NCBI GenBank assembly: GCA_051313645.2
Contig: JBNRSN020000017.1
Span: 16,554,001 to 16,618,000, forward strand
Direction: 5' to 3'
Length of the DNA: 64,000 nt
DNA from: Centroscyllium fabricii
Lineage: Eukaryota
Under the pieces are notes generated by a model. That model was given only the letters and a program-made list of their open reading frames with translations. It was not told where the DNA came from and did not search any database. Both the position numbers and the translations under genes were made by a program. This document shows, piece by piece, positions 35,422 through 46,820 of the stretch; the stretch's first letter is position 1, and each line of letters starts with the position of its first letter.

Positions 35422-36690
35422 CTAAGAAAATCTTGCAAGGATGAGCTCCATCCTTGCTTGCCAGCCAGCAACGGTCTCGCGTAATGGTGGCGCTGGCTGG
35501 GGTCGAGCGGCAGCAACACCGTCCTCCTCTTCCTCCTCCTCCTCCTCCTCTTCCTCCTCCTCCTCCTCCTCCTCCTCTTCCTCTTCCTCCTCCTCCTCAT
35601 CTGAGGACGGTATGCGAGGAGGCAGGTCTTGGTCAGGAGGTTGCAAGCCACGGCGCTGTGCCATGTTGTGAAGTTGACAGCAAACCACTACCATTCTGGA
35701 GACCCTGGCTGGGGTGTATTGCAGGGCTCCACCTGATCTGTCCAAGCATCTGAAACGCATCTTGAGCAAGCCGATGGTGTGCTCTATAATGCTTCTGGTG
35801 GAGATGTGTGTGGAGTTGTAGTTCTCCTCAGCCTCATTGGCTGGCCTCCTGACCGGCGTCATGAGCCAAGTCCTGAGGGGATAGCCCTTGTCTCCAAGTA
35901 GCCACCCCGGAAGCTGGTCCGGCGGTGTGAAGAGCGTAGGCAGGGTTGATTGGCGCAGGACAAAGGAGTCATGGCAGCTGCCAGGGTACCTGGCACACAC
36001 ATGCAAAATCTCCTTGTTGTGGTCACACACCAGTTGAACATTGAGTGAATGGAAGCCCTTGCGGTTGAGAAAAGCTACTGGGTTGTCGTTGGGTGCCCTA
36101 AGGGCCACATGTGTGCAGTCAATGATGCCCTGTACCCTTGGGAAGCCTGCTAGATGAGCCATTTCAATCGCTCGGGCCCTCACACTTGCGCGATCCGTGG
36201 TAAAATGGATGAAATTGTGGGCACGGGCAAAGAGGGCATCGGTTACCTGGGTGATCCAGGAGTGTGCGGCCGACTGGGAGATTCCGCTGATGTCGGCTGC
36301 TGATCCCTGGAATGAGCCCGAGGCAAAGAAGCTGAGTGCGGTGGTGACTTTGAGGGCCACTGGTAAGGCATGTCTACCTGGTGTCCTGGGCTCCAGCTCT
36401 TGCTGCAGCATGGCGCAGATGTCTGTGACTGCCTGTCGGGAAAGTCGGAGTCGCCTTTGGCACCGCCGCTCACTCATGTTGAGGTAGGTGGCTCGGACTC
36501 TGTAGACCCTGTTTGGGGGGTATCTTCTGCGGCACCGGCCTTGGATGCGCCGATGCCTTCTGGCCCATGCTGCCCCCGGAGGGTCCGCAGGAGCGTCAGG
36601 CTCCTGGTGTGGCTGTTGCTGCTGTAGCTGTATCTGCTCCTGGTAGAGATCATGCAATCCCAAGAAGGGAAGGAAGAAAATGGCTCCCAT
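35422..36690 (-). CDS. Harbinger (HARBI1-like) DDE transposase
   Basis: Uninterrupted ORF (open from 36930; likely start MGAIFF at 36690) with HTH region FFASGSFQ…GISQS and catalytic motifs [50 protein letters not shown] and CCQLHN, followed by a poly-Glu tail. Confidence 0.93.
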   Translation of the reverse strand: MGAIFFLPFLGLHDLYQEQIQLQQQQPHQEPDAPADPPGAAWARRHRRIQGRCRRRYPPNRVYRVRATYLNMSERRCQRRLRLSRQAVTDICAMLQQELEPRTPGRHALPVALKVTTALSFFASGSFQGSAADISGISQSAAHSWITQVTDALFARAHNFIHFTTDRASVRARAIEMAHLAGFPRVQGIIDCTHVALRAPNDNPVAFLNRKGFHSLNVQLVCDHNKEILHVCARYPGSCHDSFVLRQSTLPTLFTPPDQLPGWLLGDKGYPLRTWLMTPVRRPANEAEENYNSTHISTRSIIEHTIGLLKMRFRCLDRSGGALQYTPARVSRMVVVCCQLHNMAQRRGLQPPDQDLPPRIPSSDEEEEEEEEEEEEEEEEEEEEEEEEEDGVAAARPQPAPPLRETVAGWQARMELILARFS

Positions 36691-37220
36691 GGCTGTGCTG
36701 GCAGCCTTGGCTGAGGAAGCACTGAGTGAGGGGGGGAAGTGAGAGGGCTTTCCCAGGTCACACTGCAGAAGTGTTTGAGGATGCAACCTTCTACAGGTGT
36801 GCTGAAGCCTGTTGCAAATATCCCCAGGACTGAGCCAACAATGTGTTTGCGGAAGCGAATGATGGCTGATTAAATGTGAGCCTTCATTGAGTGACCGGAC
36901 ACAGATACTCAGCAGTCCAAATGAGTTCACACAAGGGTTTCACCTGACGGGGTTTATCTTGGCAGGTTTTGTGCGTGAAACACCTGAAAATTGCTAAGGG
37001 CCCTTAAAATGGGATTACAGATGCCAATTAAGGGCCCTTAACGACCTTAACAAGCATCCCCGCCGGGCGCCGGCAGGAAAGATTCGGGGCAGGAAAAAAG
37101 GCTGCCCAAAAATTCAAATCCGGCGGGGAATGGGCGGGCTTGGGCGGGAACCAAAATGTTCTAATTTTCACCTCCCGCCCGCCCAAAACCCCGCCTCACG
37201 GGGACATGAAAATTCCCCCC

Positions 37221-38725
37221 AGTGGATGCATTTCAACATTCGCTGTAATCTGGAGCTGTACCTATAGATTGGAGGGTAGCTAATGTTAACCCACTATTCA
37301 AAAAGGATGGTAGAGAGAAAGCGGGGAATTACAGACCGGTAAGCCTGACATCGGTAGTGGGGAAAATGCTAGAGTCCATTATAAAAGATGTAATAACAGA
37401 GCACTTGGAAAACAGTGACAAGATCGGACAAAGTCAACATAGATTTACTAAAGGTAAATCATGCTTGACTAATCTACTGGAGTTTATTGAGGATGTAACT
37501 GGGAAAATAGATAAGGGAGAACCACTAGATGTGATATATTTGGACTTTCAAAAGGCTTTCGATATGGTCCCGCATAAGAGATTAGCATGTAAAGTTAAGG
37601 CACATGGAATTGGGGGCAAGGTATTGACTTGGATGGAGAATTGGTTGGCGGACAGAAAGCAGAGAGTAGGAATTAACGGGTCTTTTTCTGAGTGGCAGGC
37701 AGTGACTAGTGGGGAACCACAGGGATCGGTCCTTGGACCCCAGCTATTCACAATATACATTAATGATCTAGATAGGGGAACTAGATGGAATATCTCCAAG
37801 TTTGCAGATGACACAAAGCTGGGTGGGTGGGTGTGCTGCGAGGAGGATACCAAGAAACTCCAGGATGATTTGGACAGGTTGGGTGATCGGGCAGAAGCGT
37901 GCAGATGCAATATAACGTGGATAAATGTGAGGTTATCCACTTTGGTGTCAAAAACAGAAAGGCAGACTATTATCTGAATGGAAATAGATTGGGAGGCGGG
38001 GAAGTGCAACGAGACCTGGGCATTCTTGTGCACCAGTCGTTGAAGGTAAGCATGCAGGTGCAGCAGGCGGTGAAGAAGGCAAATGGTATGTTGGCCTTCA
38101 TAGCGAAAGGGTTTGAGTACAGGAACAAGGATGTCCTGCTGCAGTTGGACAGGGCCTTGGTGAGACCACACCTTGAGTATTGTGTGCAGTTTTGGTCGCC
38201 TTATCTGAGGAAGGATGTTCTTGCCATGGAAGGAGTTCAGCGAAGGTTCACAAGGCTGATTCCTGGGATGGTAGGAATAATGTATTAGGAGAGATTGGGT
38301 CGATTAGGCTTATACCCGCTGGAGTTTAGAAGAATGAGAGGGGATCTCATCGAAACTTATAAAATTCTGACAGGTCTGGACAAACTAGATGCAGGAAGAA
38401 TGTTCCCGATGGTCAGAGAGTCCAGAACCAGGGGGCGCAGTCTAAGGATAAGGGGTAGGCCATTCAGGACAGAGATGAGGAAGAATTTCTTCACCCAGAC
38501 AGTGGTGAACCTGTGGAATTCTCTACCACAGAATGTAGTTGAGGCCAAGTCATTAAATATATTCAAGAAGGTGTTAGATATAGTTCTAAGAGCTAAAGGT
38601 ATCAAGGGATATGGGGAGAAGGCAGGTACGGGGTACTGAATTTGGATGATCAGCCATGATCTCATTGAATGGTGGAGCAGGCTCGAGGGGTCGAATGACC
38701 TACTCCTGCTCCTATCATCTATGTA
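37221..38725 (+). mobile_element. CR1 LINE 3' half (its 5' piece lies at ~31640-31727), decayed RT
   Basis: RT motifs in ORFs 37357-37977, 37899-38288 and 38295-38639. The tail gatcagccatgatctcattgaatgg… is the type carried by the V-SINEs. Confidence 0.92.
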
Positions 38726-38789
38726 CCTCTTAATTTGCCTCCTCTTCTCTCCAGCTCTTTTCAAGCTTAATATTGTCCTTTAACCAGAT

Positions 38790-39050
38790 AGAAAGAAAAA
38801 AAGACTTGCATTTCTATAGCGCCTTTCACAACCTCAGGACATCCCAAAGTGCTTTACAGCCAATTAAATACTTTTGCCACTGTTGTAATGCTGGAAACGC
38901 GCCAGCTAATTTGCGCAAAGCAAGATCCCACAAACAGCAATGAGACAAATGATCGGTTCATCTGGGATTTTTGTGTGTGTGATTTTGGTTCGAGGGATAA
39001 ATATTGGCCAGGACACCCTGCCCTTCTTCAAAATAGTACCGTGGGAGCTT
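38790..39050 (-). mobile_element. Deu-SINE 3' fragment
   Basis: gacttgcatttctatagcgcctttcacaacctcaggacatcccaaag…gagggataaatattggccaggacacc. Confidence 0.75.
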
Positions 39051-39887
39051 ATGTGCCCAGGCTCCTCACCCAGAACTTGTAAGTGTAAGAAAACAAAAGT
39101 CGGTGTTATTGCAGTGTTTATTTGCATTGTTGAGATTTAGGAGCTATTGTTATTTGATGGAGAGACTGCTCACTTGCCTCAGAGTTTTACGACAGATCTG
39201 TTTAATCTACCTGAACTGATAAACTCTTTCATTATCCATGGGTTGAATCTGGAGTTTCCATAGTATTTCATAATGAAATGCATTAGGCTTGACAACGTAA
39301 AATAATGATATTTACCTTTGGCAATGGCTGGTGTGCACTGCTAATTGACAGCCCTCTGTGCTTTGGTCGGGGTTTACTGGTCTAATGACGTACACGAGCC
39401 ATTTATCCAGGCGGTTGCTCAATTCATGTTTTTCCTCTTCTGTTGTGAAAGACAGTCATTGATGCCCATGTACAAAGTCTAGCCAATCCATGCACTCTGC
39501 CCGAGTCAGAGCTGACTCTGTCCCACTCTCGGTGCCAGCAGATGGCAATGCCACAATCTTGGATTCAAGGCAGCTCCCCTTATTTTTCTCTCTCCTGCCT
39601 TTGAATTCTGGAAAAGCTTCGTGGGGACGTCTCGCCTTTAGGACTTTGTTCAAAAAAAACCCCTCCCCCGGCAAAGATTTCTGACTAACTTGAAGAGCAA
39701 TTTTTTTTGTCTTTTTCTATTTCTGTCCATTATTTAAACAATGAGTTTTGATGACTGCGGTTACTGGTTCGGAGTATTTACTGACACCAACAGTGTAAAG
39801 GAGCCGGACTAACACCAATTGATGCTCTGACGAATCCTACATTATCCAGCTCCCTGATGCTGTCGGGCGCAATGTCTCCACCAAGCC

Positions 39888-40925
39888 ATGATGTGGAGGT
39901 GCCGGTGTTGGACTGGGGTGGACAAATGCAAGAAGTCACACAACACCAGGTTATAGTCCAACAGTTTTATTTGAAATCACAAGCTTTCGGAGCGCTGCTC
40001 CTTCCTCAGGTGAAAGAGAAGTTCATTTAAAGACAGCATATATACAAGGGAGAGAGCAATCTAATCTCTCCAACATCACACTTCAGCAGAGAGACATACA
40101 GAGCAGACAAAGGTGTTTTTGCATATTTTAACATATTAATCAGGCACCAGTCTGAGATCAATGAGGTATAGTCACAAAGGGTCAAATGTTGCAGTCTTGT
40201 GTCTGTGTGAAAACACACAGAATGATTTAAAAAAAAAAGGATTTTCCTTACTGGAAATCGCTGCAGCGAACAAGACAAAGACGACTCGAGTCTGGATGAC
40301 TCTACGTCAGGCGGGGTCACATGTAGCACGACACGAAGCCAATATCACGGTTGAGGCCGTCCTCATGGGTGCGGAATTTGGCTATCAGCTTCTGCTCGAT
40401 GATTTTGCGTTGTGTGTCTCGAAGGCCGCCTTGGAGAATGCTTACCCGAAGATCGGAGGCTGAATATCCTTGACTGCTGAAGTGTTCCCCGACTGGGAGG
40501 GAACACTCCTGCCTGGCAATTGTTGTGCGCTGTCCGTTTTATCCGTTGTCGTAGTGTCTGCATGGTCTCGCCGATGTACCATGCCCCGGGGCATCCTTTC
40601 CTGCAACGTATGTTCTTCATGTTCTTCGCAGCCTTCAACATGTCATTGATGACGACGAACACCTCGCTAAGGCCATCCCCACGCCTCCACTACTCACCTT
40701 CAAACAGCCGCCTAACCTCAAACAGACTATCGTTCGCAGCAAATTACCCAGCCTTCAGGAGAACAGCAACCACCACACCACACAACCCTGCCACAGCAAC
40801 CTCTGCAAGACGTGCCAAATCATCAGCACAGATACCATCATCACACGTGAGGACACCACACACCAGGTACATGGTACATACTCATGTGGCTCGATCAACG
40901 TTGTCTACCTATTCTCGTTATCTAC
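39888..40925. mobile_element. Penelope-like element with an inverted 5' part (minus 39888-~40612, plus ~40615-40925)
   Basis: The minus part encodes IRCRKGCPGAWYIGETMQTLRQR (GIY-YIG) and holds a hammerhead at 39977-40013. The plus part encodes the upstream linker (FKQPPNLKQTIVRSKL…C..CKTC…HGTYSC.S.NVVYL). Confidence 0.87.
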
Positions 40926-43152
40926 GTTGGTGTGTATTCAAGGAATTATTTTATAACTTTCAAGATAAATATATTCCACTGAGGAAAAAGGGGTGTAAAA
41001 GTAAAAACAACTATCCGTGGCTAAGTAAAGTAATAAAGGAGAGTATCCGACTAAAAACAAGGTTATATAAGGTAGCTAAATCTAGTGGGAAGATAGAAGA
41101 TAGGGAAGCTTTTAAATGTCAGCAAAAGATAACAAAAAGATTGATTAGGAAAGGGAAGATAGATTATGAAAGTAAGTTAGCAAAAAATATAAAAACAGAT
41201 AGCAAGAGTTTCTATAGTTACATAAAAAGAAAAAGGGTGGCTAAAGTAAATGTTGGTCCTTTAGAGGATGAGACCGGGAAATTAATGGTAGGAGACATGG
41301 AGATGGCAAAAGCGCTGAACAAATATTTTGTGTCCGTCTTTACAGTAGAGGACACTCAAAATATTCCATCATTGGATAAACAGGTGGCTCTCGGGGGGGA
41401 GGAGCTAATTACGTTTAAAGTCACTAAGGAGGTGGTACTTGGGAAAATTATGGGACTTAAGGAGGATAAATCCCCTGGACCTGATGGCTTACATCCTAGG
41501 GTCTTGAAGGAAGTGGCGGTAGGGATTGTGGATGCGTTGGTAATAATTTTTCAAAACTCACTGGACTCGGCAAAGGTTCCGGCAGATTGGAAAACTGCTA
41601 ACGTAACGCCCTTATTTAAAAAGGGTAATAGACAGAAGGCTGGAAATTATAGACCAGTTAGCTTAACATCTGTGGTTGGAAAAATGTTAGAATCTATTAT
41701 TAAGGAAACAGTAACAGGGCATTTGGATAAACACCATTTAATAGGACAAAGTCAGCATGGTTTTACAAAAGGGAAGTCATGTTTGACAAATTTGCTAGAG
41801 TTCTTTGAGGACATAACATATAGGGTGGATAAAGGGGAATCAGTGGATGTGGTGTATTTGGACTTCCAAAAGGCATTTGACAAGGTGCCCCACAGAAGAT
41901 TATTACTCAAGATAAAAAATCACGGGGTTGGGGGTAATATTCTGGCATGGGTGGAGGATTGGCTTTCTAACAGAAAACAGAGAGTTGGGATAAATGGTTC
42001 ATTCTCAGACTGGCAGTCAGTCACTAGTGGTGTTCCGCAAGGGTCGGTGCTGGGACCCCAACTCTTTACAATCTATATTAACGATTTGGAAGAAGGGACC
42101 AAGTGCAGCGTATCAAAGTTTGCAGATGACACAAAAATGGGAGGGAGGGTGATGAATGAGGAGGACATTAAAACCCTGCAAAAGGACATAGATAAGCTAA
42201 GTGAGTGGGCAGAGATTTGGCAGATGGAGTATAATACTGGAAAATGTGAAGTTATGCACTTTGGCAGGAAAAATAATAGAGCAAGTTATTATCTAAATGG
42301 AAAGGAACTGGAAAGTACTTCTGTGCAAAGGGATCTGGGGGTCCTGGTGCAGGGGACACAGAAAGTTAATATGCAGGTGCAGCAGGTGGTAAGGAAGGCC
42401 AACGGAGTGTTGGCTTTTATTGCTAAGGGGATTGAGTATAGAAGCAGGGAGGTCTTGTTGCAGTTGTACAGGGTATTGGTGAGACCACACCTGGAATACT
42501 GCGTGCAGTTCTGGTGTCCCTATTTAAGAAAGGACATACTTGCTCTCGAGGCAGTGCAGAGAAGATTCACTAGGTTAGTTCCGGGGATGAGGGGACTAAC
42601 ATATGACGAGAGGCTGAGTGGATTGGGCCTCTACTCATTGGAGTTCAGAAGAATGAGGGGCGATCTTATTGAGGTATATAAGATTGTGAGAGGGCTTGAT
42701 CGGGTGGATGCGGTGAGGATGTTCCCAATGGTGGGTGAGACTAGGACTAGGGGGCATAATCTTAAAATAAAGGGCTCCCATTTTAAAACTGAGATGAGGG
42801 GGAACTTCTTTACTCAGAGGGTGGTGCGGCTGTGGAATTTGCTACCACAGAGAGCTGTAGAAGCTACTACGTTGAATAAATTTAAAACTGAGATAGACAG
42901 TTTCCTGGAATTAAAGGGAATTAGGGGTTATGGTGAACGGGCTGGTAAGTGGACGTGAGGCTAGGTTGAGATCGGCCATGTCTGGTTTTTCATCTCTCCC
43001 AGGTGATTACATTGGTTGGGGCGGGGTAGAGAGTAAAAATAAAATTGAGGCTAGGATCAGATCAGCCATGATCTTAATGAATGGCGGAGCAGGCTCGAAG
43101 GGCCGATTGGCCTACTCCTGCTCCTACTTCTTATGTTCTTATGTTCTTATGT
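40926..43152 (+). mobile_element. 5'-truncated young CR1 with an uninterrupted RT frame up to the natural stop at 42958
   Basis: From WCVFKELF onward the protein is nearly identical to ORF2 of the 21640-26545 copy. It ends in (ttcttatg)3. Confidence 0.95.
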
Positions 43153-43159
43153 TACCTCA

Positions 43160-43400
43160 TATATATGCCTGATTAATATGTTAAAATATGTTAAAACACC
43201 TTTGTCTGCTCTGTATGTCTCTGCTGAGGTGTGATGTTGGAGAGATTAGACTGCTCTCTCCCTTGTATATATGCTGTCTTTAAATGAACTTCTCTTTTGT
43301 CTGAGGAAGTAGCAGCGCTCCGAAAGCTTGTGATTTCAAATAAAACTGTTGGACTATAACCTGGTGTTGTGTGACTTCTTGCATTTGTCCGCCAAGCCAG
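43160..43400 (+). mobile_element. Penelope 3' fragment with a degenerate hammerhead (43301-43333)
   Basis: Reverse complement of ~39910-40145. Confidence 0.8.
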
Positions 43401-43825
43401 TATCACAATGGTGTCCCCAGTTCTCACTAAGGTGGTTAAAAAATTCAGCGCGTCACTCTTTGACATATTGGGAGCACGTATCACAAAATTAGGCATTGCC
43501 TGCTCGCATATAGACCCCAGGTCTAGAGGAATAAGCTTTTTTTAGAGCCATAATTCCATAGCACAGCTCATTATGAAGACATTTTGAATGCATGAATGGT
43601 GTTAAAGTAAACCCAGAAGCACTGCTTCAGGGTCAAACAAAGGGAAATGTAACCGGTCAATGGTCAACTCGGGATTGATGTCAGCAACCGTTTCTCCAGA
43701 TGAAAGTCTAAAATGTCCTTCTGGGAAGGGTAGTGGGGGAAAAGACCATAGATTCACTCAAGATCCACACAGGTGACGTTATCTTTGAGATTGTTGAGCT
43801 AAGACGGCGGAAGGGCTTCCCATGT

Positions 43826-44215
43826 CTGTACTCAGTGGGCAGAACCCTCGCCTCTGAGTCAGTAGGTCGTGGGTTCAAGTCCCACTCCAGAAACTTGAGC
43901 ACAAAAAGCTAGGCTGACACTCCCAGTGCCAGTGCTGAGGGAGTGCTGCACTGTCGGTGGTGCCGTCTTTCGGATGAGACGTTAAACCGAGGCCCCGTCT
44001 GCTCTCTCAGGTGGGCATAAAAGATCCCATGACAGTATTCGAAGAAGAGCAGGGGAGTTCTCCCTGATGTCCTGGCCATTTATCACATTGCTGTTTGTGG
44101 GATCTTGCTTTGTGCAAGTTAGCTGCCGCTTTCCCTGCATTACGGCAGTGATCACACTTCAAATTGGTGCTTTGGGACGTCGCAAAAGCCCCTTTATAAA
44201 TGCAGGTCTTTCTTT
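43826..44215 (+). mobile_element. Deu-domain SINE with a tRNA-like head
   Basis: B box gggttcaagtccc and a Deu core as in 31118-31515, with internal deletions. Confidence 0.8.
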
Positions 44216-44509
44216 GCCTGCAGTATGTTGACAACTCCGAGTAATCGTTACTGGTTTCCATACTCATCCCCTTCTCTCCTTCATAAAGGAGCTGTCTCCA
44301 GGGAGTAGAGAGATGAGTTCCCCCTCCCAGGGAGGTGCAGCCCATCTCCGACAGGTATCAGTCCTAATGTGGGTGCCAGTTAAACCACTCTAATTTTTTT
44401 TGCATGGGGCAAAAGGATGAATCTGAAACACCGACAGGAAAAAACAGAAGATAATGTTCAGCAGGGGGACGAACTATCATTAGATGCCAACTTAAGCCTG
44501 CATAGCACC

Positions 44510-44757
44510 TGATGCGTTATCAATAACTCCAAAAGACTAGAAGTTACACAAGTAACAAATAGGCTTTTATTCACTAAAGAATGAGAACATGCCTCTGCTG
44601 ATCGACTGGTCCAGGACTGAAGGGGGGTTGGGGAACAGTCACCTTTATACCTGGGCCTGAGGGAGGAGCCACAGGCGGAGTCAGCAGGGGCATGTCCAGC
44701 CAGGTTACATACAGCAGGTAAGAGTGAACTAGAATACAACAACAGTGGTTTACCACA
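44510..44757 (-). mobile_element. Solo LTR related to the 46821-51597 Gypsy family
   Basis: TG…CA ends (tgatgcg…ggtttaccaca). TSD GCACC at 44505-44509 and 44758-44762. Shares ggctttta.t.actaaagaa and the taccaca end with the Gypsy LTR. Confidence 0.85.
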
Positions 44758-45289
44758 GCACCGTTGTTATAATGGGTCATACAGAAGTACTTCGAGCCAT
44801 GCATCACTTTAATAATTATACGCGACAGTGTATAGGAATCTGATCTCTTTTTTAGTAATGGGGTAACAGCATGACAAAGCCTAAATGATTACAAATATGG
44901 TTTCAGTTATAAACACGCTTGTTGACATAAGCCTCTATTAGTTGCTGAAGGGCTTTGCCTGTACCTCTATTGGATTATAATGTAATGAGCCCGTTACAGT
45001 GTTTGCCAGCAGTAACACAGCATTGGCAGCAGACTGCACAGTGGCAGACTCACTACTGCGTGCCTTAAGTTACAATTTATATCCCCTTCCCTTTATAAAT
45101 CTAGCAGCAGGACCTGTTGAATTCTTTAACGAGCGCCGTAAATTTCATACATGTTGCCATTTACTTGGTCTTTGCTTTGTCGGGGTTTAGTGGCAGCTGC
45201 TCCAGTTGTCTCAGTTAGCTCATGCTCTTAGTCCAAGGGCCGCAGTGATACAGCTTCAACCCTTCCCGTTGTAAAATACTGTCCACCTC

Positions 45290-45700
45290 AACAACAACCA
45301 CTCGCATTTATACAGCGCCTTTAACGTAGTAAAACGTCCCAAGGCGCTTCACAGGAGCGTAATCAGACAACATCAGACACCGAGCCACATAAGGAGATAT
45401 TCGAGCAGAGGTAGGTTTTAAGGAGCATCTTAAAGGAGGAAAGAGCGATGGAAAGGTGGAGAGGTTTAGGCAGAGAATTCCAGAGCTTAGGGCCTGGACA
45501 GCTGAAGGCACGGCCGCCAATGGTGGAATGATTAAAATCAGGGATGCGCAAGAGGCCAGAATTGAAGGAGCGGAGCTACCTTGGAGGGTTGTAGGGCTGG
45601 AGGAGGGTACAGAGCTAGGAAAGGGCTGACGCCATGCAGGAATTTGAAAACAATGACGAGAATTTTAAAATCGAGGTGTAGCTCAGCTGGGAGTCAAAGT
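45290..45700 (-). mobile_element. L2-type LINE 3' end
   Basis: The minus frame encodes TIGGRAFS..GPKLWNSLP…FK.LLKTYL and is followed by the L2 tail. Confidence 0.8.
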
Positions 45701-45798
45701 AGACAAGAGGATAAGTCGGTTGGCATGCGATCCATTCACATCTGAGACCTGGGTTGGCACATTGGCCGCACTGATGAGCTGATAGTCTGAAGTACATA

Positions 45799-45915
45799 GG
45801 GGGAAAAATTCAGTTGGTTTGCGCCTCCAGCTAGCGCCTTAAGAGGGTGCTAATGGAGCGCAAAGCAACTAGCGCCTGTGCACGGCGATGTTTGCGCCAC
45901 TCATGAAATTAACTA
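45799..45915. mobile_element. One end of the Harbinger-type MITE family seen at 29283-30206
   Basis: gggggaaaaattcagttggtttgcgcctc…tgctaatggagcgcaaa resembles the reverse complement of 30130-30206. Confidence 0.6.
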
Positions 45916-45919
45916 GACA

Positions 45920-46472
45920 TTTCGAGACACACGACAATGCAAAATCGTCGAGCAGAAACTGATAGCCAAGTTCTGAACTCATGAGGACGGCCTCAACCGG
46001 GATCTTGGCTTCATGTCACGCTACATGTAACCCCACCTGACGTACAGTCATCCAGACTCGAGTCGTCGTTGGCTTGTTCTCTCTACACAGATGCGGCTGG
46101 ACTTGCTGTGATTTCCAGCAAAATATTTTTATTTCATTTTATTTTTTACTGCTTGTTTGTTTTTTGTTTTTCATACAGCATGTGCAACATTTGACCTCTT
46201 GTGACCCCACCTCATTGTTCTTTGATGGAATGTTTTGCTGACTGACCTGTTTGGATACCATTTACACCTATGATTGCGGTGATTATCTCTCTGCCGAGGT
46301 GTGATAAAGGGCAGTTAGAAAAATTACCTGTAATCATCTAGCATTATTTTCTGACTATATATGCTGTACCTATGTGCATCTCTTCACTTCACCTGAGGAA
46401 GGAGCAGCGCTCCAAAAGCTTGTGATTTCAAATAAAACTGTTGGACTATAACCTGGTGTTGTGTGACTTCTC
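45920..46472 (+). mobile_element. Penelope 3' fragment with a mutated hammerhead (46389-46425, GAAA to AAAA)
   Basis: catgaggacggcctcaaccgggatcttggcttcatgtcacgctaca…aaataaaactgttggactataacctggtg. Confidence 0.8.
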
Positions 46473-46820
46473 ACACTATTGGAAGAGTAGTGAATGGAGG
46501 TGAAGAGTGTGACATTGTCAACGAACGACACCACGCCTGACCTTATGATGGCAGGAAGGTCATTGATGACGCAGCTGAAGATAGTTGGGCCTAGGACACT
46601 TCCTTGAGGGACTCCTGTTCTAATTTAAATACACATTACTTAGCTCGGATTGGCCTGTCAGTTTCAGAGAGATAGGATGGTTGACTCAGGATGAAGTGTT
46701 TGAAAATCATTAAAAATGACCGTTGCCTAAAGTGTTTCAAAATAAAATATCTTATCAGGGCATTTCAGAGACTCTTGACACAGCGGTCCTGGTAGTGGCT
46801 GACTAATTAATGCCAACAGG

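Larger units (their letters stand above)
31728..37220. mobile_element. Full-length PIF/Harbinger DNA transposon (5.5 kb)
   Basis: Short imperfect TIRs ggccggaatttt and aaaattcccccc (10/12). 3-bp TSD AGT at 31725-31727 and 37221-37223; removal restores the CR1 sequence gaaatAGTggatgca. Carries convergent Myb-like and transposase genes. Confidence 0.93.

Noticed and set aside
35367-35753. Poly-Ser, poly-Pro and poly-Arg ORFs
   Set aside because: They are alternative frames of the transposase poly-Glu microsatellite.
35422-36930. Domesticated host HARBI1 gene
   Set aside because: It lies within TIRs and a TSD together with a Myb partner, and is inserted into a CR1, so it is a transposon copy.
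40520-42958. 812-aa ORF as a novel RT fusion protein
   Set aside because: The N-terminal ~135 aa are antisense or off-frame Penelope sequence that happens to be in frame with a 5'-truncated CR1 ORF2. There is no endonuclease domain and no promoter evidence.
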